A stretch of 64,000 nt of DNA, from the NCBI RefSeq assembly GCF_044704955.1, contig NC_091996.1:40052001-40116000 (forward strand), written 5' to 3'. The position numbers were made by a program, and so were the translations under genes. Shown one piece after another: positions 11,965-28,689 of the stretch. The stretch's first letter is position 1; each line of letters opens with the position of its first letter. Origin of the DNA: Pristiophorus japonicus (taxonomy: Eukaryota). The notes beneath the pieces were generated by a model. It had not been told where the DNA came from. It worked only from the letters and a program-made list of their open reading frames with translations, and ran no database searches.

Positions 11965-13790
11965 CAATAGATTGGATGAAGGAATAGAGAGTGATATATC
12001 CAAGTTTCAGATGACACTAATTTAGATGGCACAGTAAAAAGTTTAGATGGTAGTCATCATCATAGGCAGTCCCTCGAAATTGAGGAAGACTTGCTTCCAC
12101 TCTAAGAGTTCTCAGGTGGCTGTGCAATCCAATACTGGAATTACAGTCTCTGTCACAGGTGGGACAGACAGTGGTTGAAAGAAAGGCTGGGCGGAGAGTC
12201 TGTTTTGCTGCACGCTCCTTCCGCTGCCTGCGTTTGTTTCCTGCACGCTCCTTCCGCTGCCTGCGTTTGTTTCCTGCACGCTCCTTCCGCTGCCTGCGTT
12301 TGTTTCCTGCACGCTCCTTCCGCTGCCTGCGTTTGTTTCCTGCATGCTCCTGGCGACGAGACTCAGTGCCCTCCCAGATGCTCTTCTTCCACTTTGGGCG
12401 GTCTTGGGCCAAGGATTTCCAGGTGCCGGTGGGCATGTTGCACTTTATCAAGCTGGCTTTGAGGGTGTCCTTGAAACGTTTCCTCTGCCCGCCTGGGAGT
12501 TCTGAGTAGAGTGCTTGCTTAGGGAGTCTCATGTCAGCTAAGGGTCTCCGGGGTCGCTGCCGAGGCCGGCTCAGAGCTGACCCAAGGGTCTCAGAAGGTC
12601 GCCACCGCATCGGGAGAGGGAGGACAGAGTTCAGACCTGGGAGGATTTGTTCCAAATGCTCAGAATCCGGAGAAGGAGTGAGTTCCAGGAGCGTCTTGGT
12701 GCTGCGGAGGTCCGATAGATGGGCCTAGGTAGGTATCCATGCAGCACCCACGATTAGGACAATGGGGAACTTAAGCTTAAACTTAGACTTAAACAGTGGT
12801 GGGGGAAGAGATTGGGGGGAGAGAGGGTGTAGGGTGGCATTGGATGGCCACGCGTAAAGATGTTCAGCGGAGCTCCCTAGGGAGCTGCCGTCCTGGGCGC
12901 CATCTTGTCCTGCCCGATGATGGTAGGAAGTTTCAAAGGGACATTGATTGATTCAGTGAGTGGGCAACACTGTGGCAGATGCAGTTCAGTGTGGGGAAAG
13001 TGTGAGGGCACGCACTCTGGACCCAAGAACGAGAGATCAGAATATTTTCTAAACAGCGAGAAGCTGGGGACTGTGGGGGAGCCGAGAGATTTCGGGGTCC
13101 AAGTACAGAAATCACTAAAAGCCATTGGACAGGTACAGAAATAATTAAAAAGGCCAATGGAATGTTGGGCTTTATCTCGAGGGCTGGAATACAAAGGGCT
13201 GGAAGTTATGTAACACTTTATATAAAGCTCGGGTCAGACCCCGCCTGCAGTAACTGCGTTCAGCCCTGGGCCCCGCCCCTCAGGGAGGGTATATCGGCCT
13301 CGGAGGGGGAGCAGCGCAGATTCACCAGAATGGTACAAGGGATAAAAGGGTTAAATTATGAGGACAGGTTGCACAGACTGGGCTTGTGTTCCCTCGAGTG
13401 TAGAAGGTTAAGGGGCGATCTGATCGAGGTGTTTGATGATTAAAGGATTCGATCGGGTAGAGAGAGAGAAACTATTCCCTCTGGTGGGGGGAGTCCAGAA
13501 CAAGGGGCAGCACCTTACAATTAGAGCCAGGCCATTCAGGGGTGATGTCAGGAAGCACTTCTTCACACAAAGGGCAGTGGGAATCTGGAACTCTCTCCCC
13601 CAAAAAGCTGTGGATTCTGGGGGTCAATTGAATATTTCAAACCCGAGATTGAAGGATGTTTGTTGGGCAAGGGTATTAAGGGTTACGGAACCAAAGCGGG
13701 GACATGGAGTTACAGTACAGATCAGCTGTGATCTGATTGATTGGCGGAACAGGCTGGAGGGGCTGAATGGCCCCCTGTTCCTACCTTTGT
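11965..13790 (+). mobile_element. CR1 LINE 3' portion (degenerate), interrupted by an RTE-derived element
   Basis: RT/C-terminal motifs (QRRFTRM, RRLRGDLIEV, IWNSLPQKAV). Confidence 0.9.
12054..12918 (-). mobile_element. Bipartite / internally deleted RTE-derived non-autonomous element with 8-bp TSD
   Basis: TSD GATGGTAG at 12046-12053 and 12919-12926. The 3' part encodes an RTE C-terminus (RLPKQALYSEL..GQRKRFKDTLK, CPTC zinc-finger-like motif) and has a (GAT)n tail. Confidence 0.8.
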
Positions 13791-13914
13791 AAACCAGCGA
13801 GAGTTTTAAGTTTTATTTGGTGCAGTTGGTAACAGTCAGAAAGTCGAAGGTTGAAGACACAGTTCTTACTTCAACAGGACTTCATTGAACGTGGGTAGTG
13901 TTCGTCTCGTCGCT

Positions 13915-14160
13915 CGGCGTGTACACCCTCGTGTCCCTTCGCACGGCGTGTACACCCCCGTGTCCCTTCGCACGGCGTGTACACCCCCGTGTCCCTTCGC
14001 ACGGCGTGTACACCCCCGTGTCCCTTCGCACGGCGTGTGCACCCCCGTGTCCCTTCGCACGGCGTGTGCACCCCCGTGTCCCTTCGCACGGCGTGTGCAC
14101 CCCCGTGTCCCTTTGCACGGCGTGTCCACCCCCGTGTCCCTTCGCACGGTGTGTACATCC
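13915..14160. repeat. 29-bp CpG-rich minisatellite (gtacacccccgtgtcccttcgcacggcgt), ~8 copies
   Basis: Directly visible, period 29. Confidence 0.95.
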
Positions 14161-14191
14161 CAACGTACCCGATCGCGTGGCTTCAGATGCT

Positions 14192-14794
<603 letters not shown>

Positions 14795-14829
14795 TCACAA
14801 TTATTGATCACAAAAAGCAAACACAGCAA

Positions 14830-17772
<2,943 letters not shown>

Positions 17773-17889
17773 CTAAGCTGTGCGGCCGCGCATCGATCCG
17801 GGGGTCCTGCGCAGGCCGCTCACCAGCTGTCCCGGCCACACAGCAAATTTAAAGGGACCCGCACCAACAATAAAAATGAGGGTGAACAT

Positions 17890-18424
17890 TGTCCTGCACC
17901 TGGAATACTGCGTACAGTTTTGGTTTCCATATTTAAGGAAGGATATACTTGCTTTGGAGGTAGTTCAGAGAGGGTCCACTAGGTTGATTCTGGAGATGAC
18001 TGGGTTGACTTATGAGGAAAGGTTGAGAAGGTTGGGCCTATACTCATTGGAATTCAAAAGAATGAGAGGTGATCTTATCAAAACGTGCAAGATTATGAGG
18101 GGACTTGACAAGGTGGATGAGAGAGGATGTTTCCACTGATGGGGGAGCCCATTTAAAACTGAGACGAGGAGGAATTTCTTCTCTCAGAGGGTTGTAAATC
18201 TGTGGGATTCGCTGCCTCAGAGCTGTAGAAGCTGGGTCATTGAGTAAATTTAAGACAGAGATAGACAAGTTTTTTAACCGATAAGGGAATAAGGGGTTAT
18301 GGAGAGCGGGCAGGGAAGTGGACCCAAGTCCATGATTGGATCAGCCATGATCGTATTAAATAGCAGAGCAGGCTTGAGGGGCTGTATGGCCTACTCCTGC
18401 TCCTATTTCTTATGTTCTTATGAT
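17890..18424 (+). mobile_element. CR1 LINE 3' fragment
   Basis: HLEYCVQFWFPYLRKDI and a ttcttatgttcttatg tail. Confidence 0.92.
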
Positions 18425-18594
18425 ATCTCCCTGGGAGGAGCCGGCAGTCACTAAGGTGCCTGTTCGTGGGGCAGGAATAGAAGCTGCGACTGCCTTAGGC
18501 CCGAGGGTGGAACACAGCACACAGGCTTACATTTTCAAACTGCATTTAAAATAAATGGGTGAGTGGCTCCTCCCTGTGGCCCAATCGCTGAATG

Positions 18595-18825
18595 AATCCT
18601 CATAGCATCACACAGCACAGGAAGCGGCCATTCGGCCCACCGTGCCTGCTCTCTGAAAGAGCGATGCAATCAGTCCCACTCCCCACAGCACTTTCCCCAC
18701 AGACCGACAACTTGTTTCCTTTTCAAGTATTTATCCAATTCCCTTTTGAAAGTTACTATTGAATAAGTGAATCTGCTTTCACCACCCTTTCAGGCAGCGT
18801 GTTCCCGATCACAACAACTCGCTGT
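18595..18825 (-). mobile_element. CR1 LINE 3' end fragment
   Basis: Reverse complement of the CR1 3' end type seen at 22800-22990. Confidence 0.75.
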
Positions 18826-19004
18826 GGAATATAGTCAGAGACAGGGCAGCAGTTGGGGATATAATTGGTCTCATTGCCCTTGAGATAGGGAAATAAAATC
18901 AGCAAGTTCCTGATCGCTGACCTGTGACTCCAGCTAGAACATGCATGTGACTGAATGTTGGACAGGATGGAGGCCAGGCTCAGCTACGATTCCCCCACTC
19001 CATA

Positions 19005-19730
19005 CCGTACCCCAGTGAGAGTCAGTGTGTGTGGGACCGTACCCCAGTGAGAGCCAGTGTGGGACCCATACCCCAGTGAGAGTCAGTGTGTGTGGGACCC
19101 ATACCCCAGTGAGAGTCAGTGTGTGTGGGACCCATACCCCAGTGATAGTCAGTGTGTGTGGGACCCGTACCCCAGTGAGAGTCAGTGTGTGTGGGACCCG
19201 TACCCCAGGGATAGTCAGTGTGTGTGGGACCCGTACCCCAGTGAGAGTCAGTGTGTGTGGGACCCGTACCCCAGGGATAGTCAGTGTGTGGGGGACCCGT
19301 ACCCCAGTGAGAGTCAGTGTGTGTGGGACCCATACCCCAGTGAGAGTCAGTGTGTGTGGGACCCGTACCCCAGTGAGAGTCAGTGTGTGTGGGACCCGTA
19401 CCCCAGTGAGAGTCAGTGTGTGTGGGACCCATACCCCAGTGAGAGTCAGTGTGTGTGGGACCCATACCCCAGTGAGAGTCAGTGTGTGTGGGACCCGTAA
19501 TCCAGTGAGAGTCAGTGTGTGTGGGACCCGTACTCCAGTGAGAGTCAGTGTATATGGGACCCGTAAACCAGTGAGAGTCAGTGTGTGTGGGACCCGTACT
19601 CCAGTGAGAGTCACTGTGTGTGTGGGACCCGTACTCCAGTGAGAGTCACTGTGTGTGTGGGACCCGTACTCCAGTGAGAGTCAGTGTGTGTGTAACCTGT
19701 ACCCCATTGAGAGTCAGTGTCTGGGGAACT
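19005..19730. repeat. 33-bp minisatellite array (~21 copies)
   Basis: cccagtgagagtcagtgtgtgtgggacccgtac; 11-aa periodic ORFs. Confidence 0.97.
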
Positions 19731-19742
19731 TGCAATACATAC

Positions 19743-19776
19743 CTTTCCTTTACTGTAGTCCCAAAGTTTCAAAGTG
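19743..19776 (-). CDS. WDR5: WDR5 exon 11, (N)TLKLWDYSKGK
   Basis: 34 nt; acceptor ttttccag, donor gtatgt. Confidence 0.97.
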
Positions 19777-19857
19777 CTGGAAAATACAGAAATATTTATT
19801 TTAGTAAATATATTTCAGAAGTGGTACAAGTAGAGCCAGGATCCGAATTCCAGGTCA

Positions 19858-20225
19858 CAGCCGAGGGAGATTGGGGTGCGGGGAGCCGAGGGAGATTGGG
19901 GGGGGGGGGGGGGGGGCGAGCCAAGGGAGATGGAGGGGAGGAGGAGCCGAGAGAGATGGGGGGGGGGGGGGGACCGAGGGAGATTTGGGGGGGGGGGGGT
20001 GGAGAATAGTCGAGGGAGATGGGGCGGGGGGGTTGGGGGGGGGGGGAGAGCCGAGGGAGATGGGGGGGGGGGGGGGAAGGAGGAGCCGAGGGAGATGGGG
20101 GGGGGGGGGGGGGGGAGGAGCCGAGAGAGATGGGGGGGGGGGGGGGACCGAGGGAGATTGGGGGGGGGGGGGGGTGGAGAATAGTCGAGGGAGATGGGGG
20201 AGGGGAGCCGAGGGAGATGGGGAGG
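19858..20225. repeat. G-run-rich repeat (gagccgagggagatggggg...)
   Basis: Poly-G tracts with a recurring ccgagggagat core. Confidence 0.9.
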
Positions 20226-20440
20226 CAGCTGAGGGTTGTTGCACGCCCACCGTGGTCTCCTCCCGTGTAGCATCAGTGAGGAGCCTGCGGGATGGTGAGG
20301 TTAGACACAGCGGCAGTGGGAGAGATCGTTCGGGGAGGGTCTCCAGGCTGGCTGGGGCGGGTCGGGGGTGTATTGTGTCGGGACACACTGGGGCACGGGA
20401 CAGCTCCGCGGCCAGCGATCGAGCGGTAGGAGCCTCCTTA

Positions 20441-20644
<204 letters not shown>

Positions 20645-20921
20645 TCACCCCCCACCCCACGACACTGCCCGCCGTATGCTCCCCCCCCCCACAACACTGC
20701 CTGCTGACCCACCCCCACCCGCTGGGCGCAGCACTGTACAGAGAGCTGGATGACCATGAGCCGTCCCAGGAAACATGAATAACCAGCAACGTTCAGCACT
20801 GGGCATCTGATGGAAGCAGCCCAGCCCTGGGCCTGTGGGTGCCCCACCCAGTCTGGATCTGAACTCTGCGGGCTGGAACGTTTCCAGACATCTCTCCTTG
20901 GTCCCTGATCTCAACAGAGCA

Positions 20922-22192
20922 GGCTCCTGATCACTGTCCAGTGACCCCTGGGTTAGAGAGAGGGGAAATCAGCCAGGGTTCCTGCCCCTGATCACTGTCC
21001 AGTGACCCCTGGGTTAGAGAGAGGGGAAATCAGCCATGGTTCCTGCTCCTGATCACTGCTCAGTGACCCCTGGGTTAGAGAGAGGGGAAATCAGCCAGGG
21101 TTCCTGCCCCTGATCACTGTCCAGTGACCCCTGGGTTAGAGAGAGGGGAAATCAGCCAGGGTTCCTGCTCCTGATCACTGCCCAGTGACCCCTGGGTGAG
21201 AGAGAGGGGAAATCAGCCAGGGTTACTGCTCCTGATCACTGCCCAGTGACCCCTGGGTTAGAGAGAGAGAGGGGAAATCAGCCAGGGTTCCTGCTCCTGA
21301 TCACTGTCCAGTGACCCCTGGGTGAGAGAGAGGGGAAATCAGCCAGGGTTCCTGCTCCTGGTCACTGTCCAGTGACCCCTGGGTTAGAGAGAGAGGGGAA
21401 ATCAGCCAGGGTTCCTGCTCCTGATCACTGTCCAGTGACCCCTGGGTGAAAGAGAGGGGAAATCAGCCAGGGTTCCTGCTCCTGATCACTGTCCAGTGAC
21501 CCCTGGGTGAGAGAGAGGGGAAATCAGCCAGGGTTCCTGCTCCTGATCACTGCCCAGTGACCCCTGGGTGAGAGAGAGGGGAAATCAGCCAGGGTTCCTG
21601 CTCCTGGTCACTGCCCAGTGACCCGTGGGTTAGAGAGAGAGAGGGGAAATCAGCCAGGGTTCCTGCTCCTGGTCACTGCCCAGTGACCCGTGGGTTAGAG
21701 AGAGAGAGGGGAAATCAGCCAGGGTTCCTGCTCCTGGTCACTGTCCAGTGACCCCTGGGTTAAAGAGAGAGAGGGGAAATCAGCCAGGGTTTCTGCTCCT
21801 GGTCACTGTCCAGTGACCCCTGGGTTAGAGAGAGAGAGAGGGGAAATCAGCCAGGGTTCCTGCTCCTGATCACTGCCCAGTGACCCCTGGGTTAGAGAGA
21901 GGGGAAATCAGCCAGGGTTTCTGCTCCTGGTCACTGTCCAGTGACCCCTGGATTAGAGAGAGAGAGGGGAAATCAGCCAGGGTTCCTGCTCCTGGTCACT
22001 GTCCAGTGACCCCTGGGTTAGAGAGAGGGGAAATCAGCCAGGGTTCCTGCTCCTGGTCACTGCCCAGTGACCCGTGGGTTAGAGAGAGAGAGAGGGGAAA
22101 TCAGCCAGGGTTCCTGCTCCTGATCACTGCCCAGTGACCCCTGGGTTAGAGAGAGGAGAAATCAGCCAGGGTTTCTGCTCCTGGTCACTGCT
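20922..22192. repeat. ~61-67-bp minisatellite with variable (GA)n (~20 copies)
   Basis: gatcactgtccagtgacccctgggttagagagaggggaaatcagccagggttcctgctcct. Confidence 0.97.
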
Positions 22193-22395
22193 GGAAAATG
22201 TATGGAAAGATTCAGGCCTGCCCCTGATGAATAGCTTGCCAACACTCACTATTTAGGCTGACTTACAACAACTGGCCCCGAGGGGAAGATACTGGGGAGA
22301 GGGAGACAGCCAGCCAACAGTTTATATTTTGGTTTACCAAGCAGGGCTGGACTCACAACACCCCCCCCCCCGCCCAGGCTCGCTGGGTCACTTAC

Positions 22396-22442
22396 CGATC
22401 AGTGTTTTAAGGCATTGCCCTGACGCAGTGTCCCAGATTCGG
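22396..22442 (-). CDS. WDR5: WDR5 exon 9, (C)RIWDTASGQCLKTLI(D)
   Basis: 47 nt; acceptor tttttgcag, donor gtaagt. Confidence 0.98.
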
Positions 22443-22561
22443 CTGCAAAAACAGAGAAACAAGCTGTTTAAAAAGGATCCGTGCCCAAAACAGCTTTCCT
22501 CCTTGCTCAGATGGCGACCAACATTCTGCATAGCCCCAACACATTCTGCTTCTGGCTCGAA

Positions 22562-22995
22562 CAGGGATGAGGAACTTCAATTACGCGGAGAGACTGGAGA
22601 AGCTGGGATTCTTCTCCTCAGAGCAAAGACGGTTAAGAGGAGATTTGATGAGAGTTGTTCAAAATCATGAAGGGTTTTGATAAGAGTAAATCGGGAGAAA
22701 TTGTGTCCTGTGGCAGGAGGGTCGGTAACCAGAGGACACAGATTTAGGGTCATTGGCAAATGAACCAGAGGGGAGAGGAGAATTATTTTTACACAGTGAG
22801 TTGTGATCGGGAATGCTCTGCCTGGAAGCAGATTCAATAGTAACTTTCAAAGGGGAATTAGATAAATACTTGAAAAGGAGAAATTTGCAGGGCTGTGGGA
22901 TAGAGCGGAGGGAGGGGGGAACTGATTGGATTGCTCTCTTACAGGCACGATGGGCCAAATGGCCTCTTCCTGCGCAGTATGATTCTATGATTTTT
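22562..22995 (+). mobile_element. CR1 LINE 3' fragment
   Basis: gagactggagaagctggga...ttctatgattt 3' end. Confidence 0.85.
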
Positions 22996-23407
22996 TTGCG
23001 AAAATGTTTTTAAATTAGAAAACTGGGTGTTCTTCATTACACAATGTACAATCGGAGGCTTCACTACTGAGACCCAGGACCAAAGAATTGGGCACAGCGC
23101 GCTGGCTTGTTTACACTCTCAATTCAGAATGGCAGCAACAGATCTTCGTACACCGCTGTGGGTGTTCGCGAGCTCCCTCCGACCATTGCTGTGGTGTTAT
23201 TCCTGGACTACAACAGTGACTACACTTCAAAAGTACTCCAATGGCTGTAAGGCGCTTTGGGACATCCCGAGGTTAATAAAGGCGCTTTCGAAATGCAAGT
23301 TATTTCTTTCTTCATTATTGTGGCCCAGATTCCAGTCACTTCGGCACGTCTCACCTTGTGAGTGAGAAAGAAAATGGAGGCGGCAAAATTGACAAAGTAA
23401 CACTTAC

Positions 23408-23463
23408 CACAGCCCATCGTAACTACTGGAAACAATGAGGGACCCATCTCGGTTAAAATGTAC
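23408..23463 (-). CDS. WDR5: WDR5 exon 8, VHFNRDGSLIVSSSYDGL(C)
   Basis: 56 nt; acceptor ccttccag, donor gtaagt. Confidence 0.98.
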
Positions 23464-23751
23464 CTGGAAGGATGAATTCAACACACATCCAGTCATTTAA
23501 ACAGCCAAGGCAGCAACTCAGTGCAACACAAACCTCCACAAGGTGGCAGTATTACACCACGCCAACTCCCTCCAACAACGACCAGTTCACTATAAAATAT
23601 ACCCATTGCATGAGAGGCTATAAAAAGATAACCACAACTGTTTTACAAATAGAGGCATACATTCCAAGGGTGAAGTTACGATTAATTTGTACAAAACATC
23701 GGTTAGTCCACAGTTAGAGACTGTGTGCAGTCGAGGCGCCCATTATTGAAA

Positions 23752-24142
23752 GGAGAGAGCGGGGCAGTGGAATTAGTTTGGAATTGATACAGGGCTATGG
23801 GGAGAGAGCGGGGCAGTGGGATTAGATTGGGATTGATACAGGGCTATGGGGAAAGAGTGGGGCAGTGGGATTAGATTGGGATTGATACAGGGCTATGGGG
23901 AGAGAGCGGGGCAGTGGGATTAGATTGGGATTGATACAGGGCTATGGGGAGAGAGCGGGGCAGTAGGATTAGTTTGGGATTGATACAGGGCTATGGGGAG
24001 AGAGCGGGGCAGTGGGATTAGTTTGGGATCGATACAGGGCTATGGGGAGAGAGCGGGGCAGTGGGATTAGTTTGGGATTGATACAGGGTTATGGGGAGAG
24101 CGCGGGGCAGTGGGATTATTTTGGGATTGATACAGGACTATA
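23752..24142. repeat. 49-bp minisatellite derived from a CR1 3' end (~8 copies)
   Basis: gattgatacagggctatggggagagagcggggcagtgggattagattgg, preceded by a CR1 fragment at 23650-23750. Confidence 0.9.
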
Positions 24143-24213
24143 GCCATCTTCTGCACTGTAAAGGTCTCTGGCTCGATGCACTATTTGATGTACAAAGTGC
24201 TGACACAGCCTCA

Positions 24214-24393
<180 letters not shown>

Positions 24394-24607
24394 TCAAACA
24401 CAAAACAGACAGATCTCAAATCAAACTGAGCATCACCGAGGCCTGCACACTTTGCAGTGCAGCTACAGAGAGGGACACAATATCTACAACTAGCGCTTAT
24501 AGCACCCCTCAACACAGGAAATCTACCAGGGCAACTCGGGAGCGTAACAGGGGTGGTGGGTGCAGTAAGAAAAAATGATAAAAAAGGAGAGAGAGAAATG
24601 AACAAAC

Positions 24608-24937
24608 TCCAGGGGCAGTACTGAGGGAGTGCTGCACTGTCAGAGGGGCAATACTGAGGGAGCGCCGCACTGTCGGAGGGGCAGTACCGAGGGAGCGCCG
24701 CACTGTCGGAGGGGCAGTACTGAGGGAGTGCTGCACTGTCAGAGGGGCAGTACTGAGGGAGTGCTGCACTGTCAGAGGGGCAGTACTGAGGGAGCGCTGC
24801 ACTGTCAGAGGGGCAGTACTGAGGGAGTGCTGCACTGTCAGAGGTGCCCAACTTCAGATGTAACTTTAAGCCAAGGCCCAGTCTGCCCTCAGGGTGAGGG
24901 ATGGGTGGGGAAAAGATCCCACAGCCATGATTCAAAG
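24608..24937 (+). mobile_element. Partial Deu-type SINE core with 33-bp expansion
   Basis: ggggcagtactgagggagtgctgcactgtcaga repeats followed by SINE core sequence. Confidence 0.8.
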
Positions 24938-24939
24938 AG

Positions 24940-25127
24940 CAGGCTGGAGGTTAGAGAGATATTGAGGGGCGAGGCCATGGAGGGATTTGAACAAGGATGA
25001 AAAATTTAAAATGGAGGCGTTGCCGGACTGAGAACCAATGTCGGTCAGCGAGCACAGCGGGTGATGGGTGAGCGGGACTTGGTGCGAGTTAGAATGCGGG
25101 CAGAGTTTTGGATGAGCTCAAGTTTCA
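24940..25127 (-). mobile_element. L2-clade LINE ORF2 C-terminal fragment
   Basis: The minus strand translates to approximately KLELIQNSARILTRTKSRSPITRCAR, similar to the L2 motif LQLIQNSAAR...ITPVL..LHWLP. Confidence 0.7.
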
Positions 25128-25159
25128 GATGTTTTGGACCCATACCCAAATGAGTCGTG

Positions 25160-26256
25160 TCTGCGGAACCGGTACCCCAGTGAGAGTCAGTGTGTGTGGG
25201 ACCCGTACCCCAGTGAGAGTCAGTGTGTGTGGGACCCGTACCACAGTGAGAGTCAGTGTCTGTGGGACCTGTACCCCAGTGAGAGTCAGTGTGTGTGTGG
25301 GACCCGTACCCCAGTGAGAGTCAGTGTGTGTGGGACCCGTACCCCAGTGAGAGTCAGTGTGTGTGGGACCTGTACCCCAGTGAGAGTCAGTGTGTGTGGG
25401 ACCCGTACCCCAGTGAGAGTCAGTGTGTGTGGGACCCATTCCCCAGTGAGAGTCAGTGTGTGTGGAACCCATACCCCAGTGAGAGTCAGTGTGTGTGGGA
25501 CCTGTACCCCAGTGAGAGTCAGTGTGTGTGGGACCCATACCCCAGTGAGAGTCAGTGTCTGTGGGACCCATACTCCAGTGAGAGTCAGTTTGTGCGGGAC
25601 CCATTCCCCAGTGAGAGTCAGTGTGTGTGGAACCCATACCCCAGTGAGAGTCAGTGTCTGTGGAACCCATACACCAGTGAGAGTCAGTGTCTGTGGAACC
25701 CATACCCCAGTGAGAGTCAGTGTGTGTGGAACCCATACCCCAGTGAGAGTCAGTGTGTGTGGGACCCATACACCAGTGAGAGTCAGTGTGTGGGGGACTC
25801 GTACCCCAATGATTCAGTGTGCGTGGGACCCATACCCCAGTGAGAGTCAATGTGTGGGACCCATACCCCAGTGAGAGTCAGTGTGTGTGGGACCCGTATC
25901 CAGTGAGAGTCAGTGTGTGTGGGACTCGTATCCCAGTGAGAGTCAGTGTGTGTGGGACCCGTACCCCAGTGAGAGGGAACCGTACCCCAGTGAGAGTCAG
26001 TGTGTGTGGGACCCGTACCCCAGTGAGAGTCAGTGTGTGTGGGACCCGTACCCCAGTGAGAGTCAGTGTGTGTGGGACCTGTACCCCAGTGAGAGTCAGT
26101 GTGTGTGGGACCCATACCCCAGTGAGAGTCAGTGTGTGGGAAACCGGTACCCCAGTGAGAGTCAGTGTGTGTGGGATCTGTAACCCAGTGAGAGTCAGTG
26201 TGTGTGTAAACTGTACCCCAGTGAGAGTCAGTGTGTGTGGAACCCGTACCCCAGGG
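25160..26256. repeat. 33-bp minisatellite array (~33 copies)
   Basis: Same unit and orientation as 19005-19730. Confidence 0.97.
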
Positions 26257-26296
26257 GGACTGGTTCAATGCCCACCGGTTTGCAGTTCAATACTCA

Positions 26297-26431
<135 letters not shown>

Positions 26432-26469
26432 TCACAAACAGACGGAGCTCAACACAGTGCGGAGAATGG

Positions 26470-26963
26470 AAGCTGGGTATTTATACAGCGCCTTTCACAA
26501 CCTCAGGATAGCTCGAAGCACTTCACAGCCAATTAAAACATTATGAACTGTTGCCACTGTTGTAACATAGGAAACACGGCAGCCAATTTGGGCACAGCAA
26601 GCTCCCACAAACAACATTCCGAGAATAACCCAGATCATCTGTTTTAGTGATGTTGGTTGAGGGATGCATATTGGTCCCAGGACACGGGGGAGAACTCCCC
26701 TGCTCTTCTTCCAATAGTTCCGTGGGAGCTTTTACTTCCACCCGAGGGGGCAGACGGGGCCTCGGTTTAACGTCTCATCCAAGGACAGCACCTCCAACAG
26801 TGCGGCGCTACCTCAGTACTGCCCCTCCGACAGTGCGGCGCTCCCTCTGTACTGCACTGGGATTGTCATCCTGGATTATGGGATGAAGCCTCCAGAGTGG
26901 GACTTGAGTCCATGACCGTCTGACTCAGAGGTGAGAGTGCAACCCACTGAGCCATAGGTGACA
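26470..26963 (-). mobile_element. Full-length tRNA-derived Deu-type SINE
   Basis: Head TGGCTCAGTGG...GGCTCAAGTCC, core, and tail ...aaggcgctgtataaat. Confidence 0.88.
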
Positions 26964-27389
26964 CTAAAGGGAAAGAGAGGTGTGTAGGTAGCGGAGAGAG
27001 GGGTAGGTAGCGGAGAGACAGGGGACCGTGACCCCGAGCCCAGGGCAACACACTGCGGGGTTTGGGCTGCCCATCCAGCATCGTGACCACCTGCCCAGGG
27101 CATCACACCGTAGGACTACAGCTGCGCGAGAAGGCGCACACAATTGTTCATCGCTGCGAGGAGGATGGGGGGAGAAATCTGCAGACAAGTGTCTCGCTGT
27201 AACATCTCCAGGAGGAGCGGGGGAAGACACTTGCAGATGGGGAGCAGGTAAAATAAGTGAAATAAACCAGACATCTCGCCTCAATTATTCAGTCATTGAA
27301 TGAATTACCAGCCCGTCCATTGGTCAGTTCACCTGACTCAGCCACAGGGCACAGAGTGACGCCTGACTCCCGGCTGGCTACGGTTCCCT

Positions 27390-28297
<908 letters not shown>

Positions 28298-28689
28298 CTA
28301 TTTCAAAACAAAATTATGAGCATTTAAAAATCTCTGAAGTTTAAAAATAACAGGACCCACAATGCCAAGAGCACTAGGAAGCAGCCAGCTTTATCACCCT
28401 TCCAGAACTCTCATAACCAACGAGCTACACCCATTGTTTTGTGGACAAACTGCAGCCATATTGTGCATAGCAAGATCCCACAGACAGCAAATGAGAGAAA
28501 TAACCAGATCATCTGGTGGGGGAGGGATTGAACTAATTTGGCCTGGGGTGGGGGACCAGAATGAACCATCGGTGAGGAGAAGCATAATGCACAGAGGACA
28601 GGGAGAGACAAACAGCATTAGCATACAGAGTAGTTCAGAAATAGGAGGGATCAGACAGCAGGAAATGCATGGCAGGCTAGGATTGGGTT

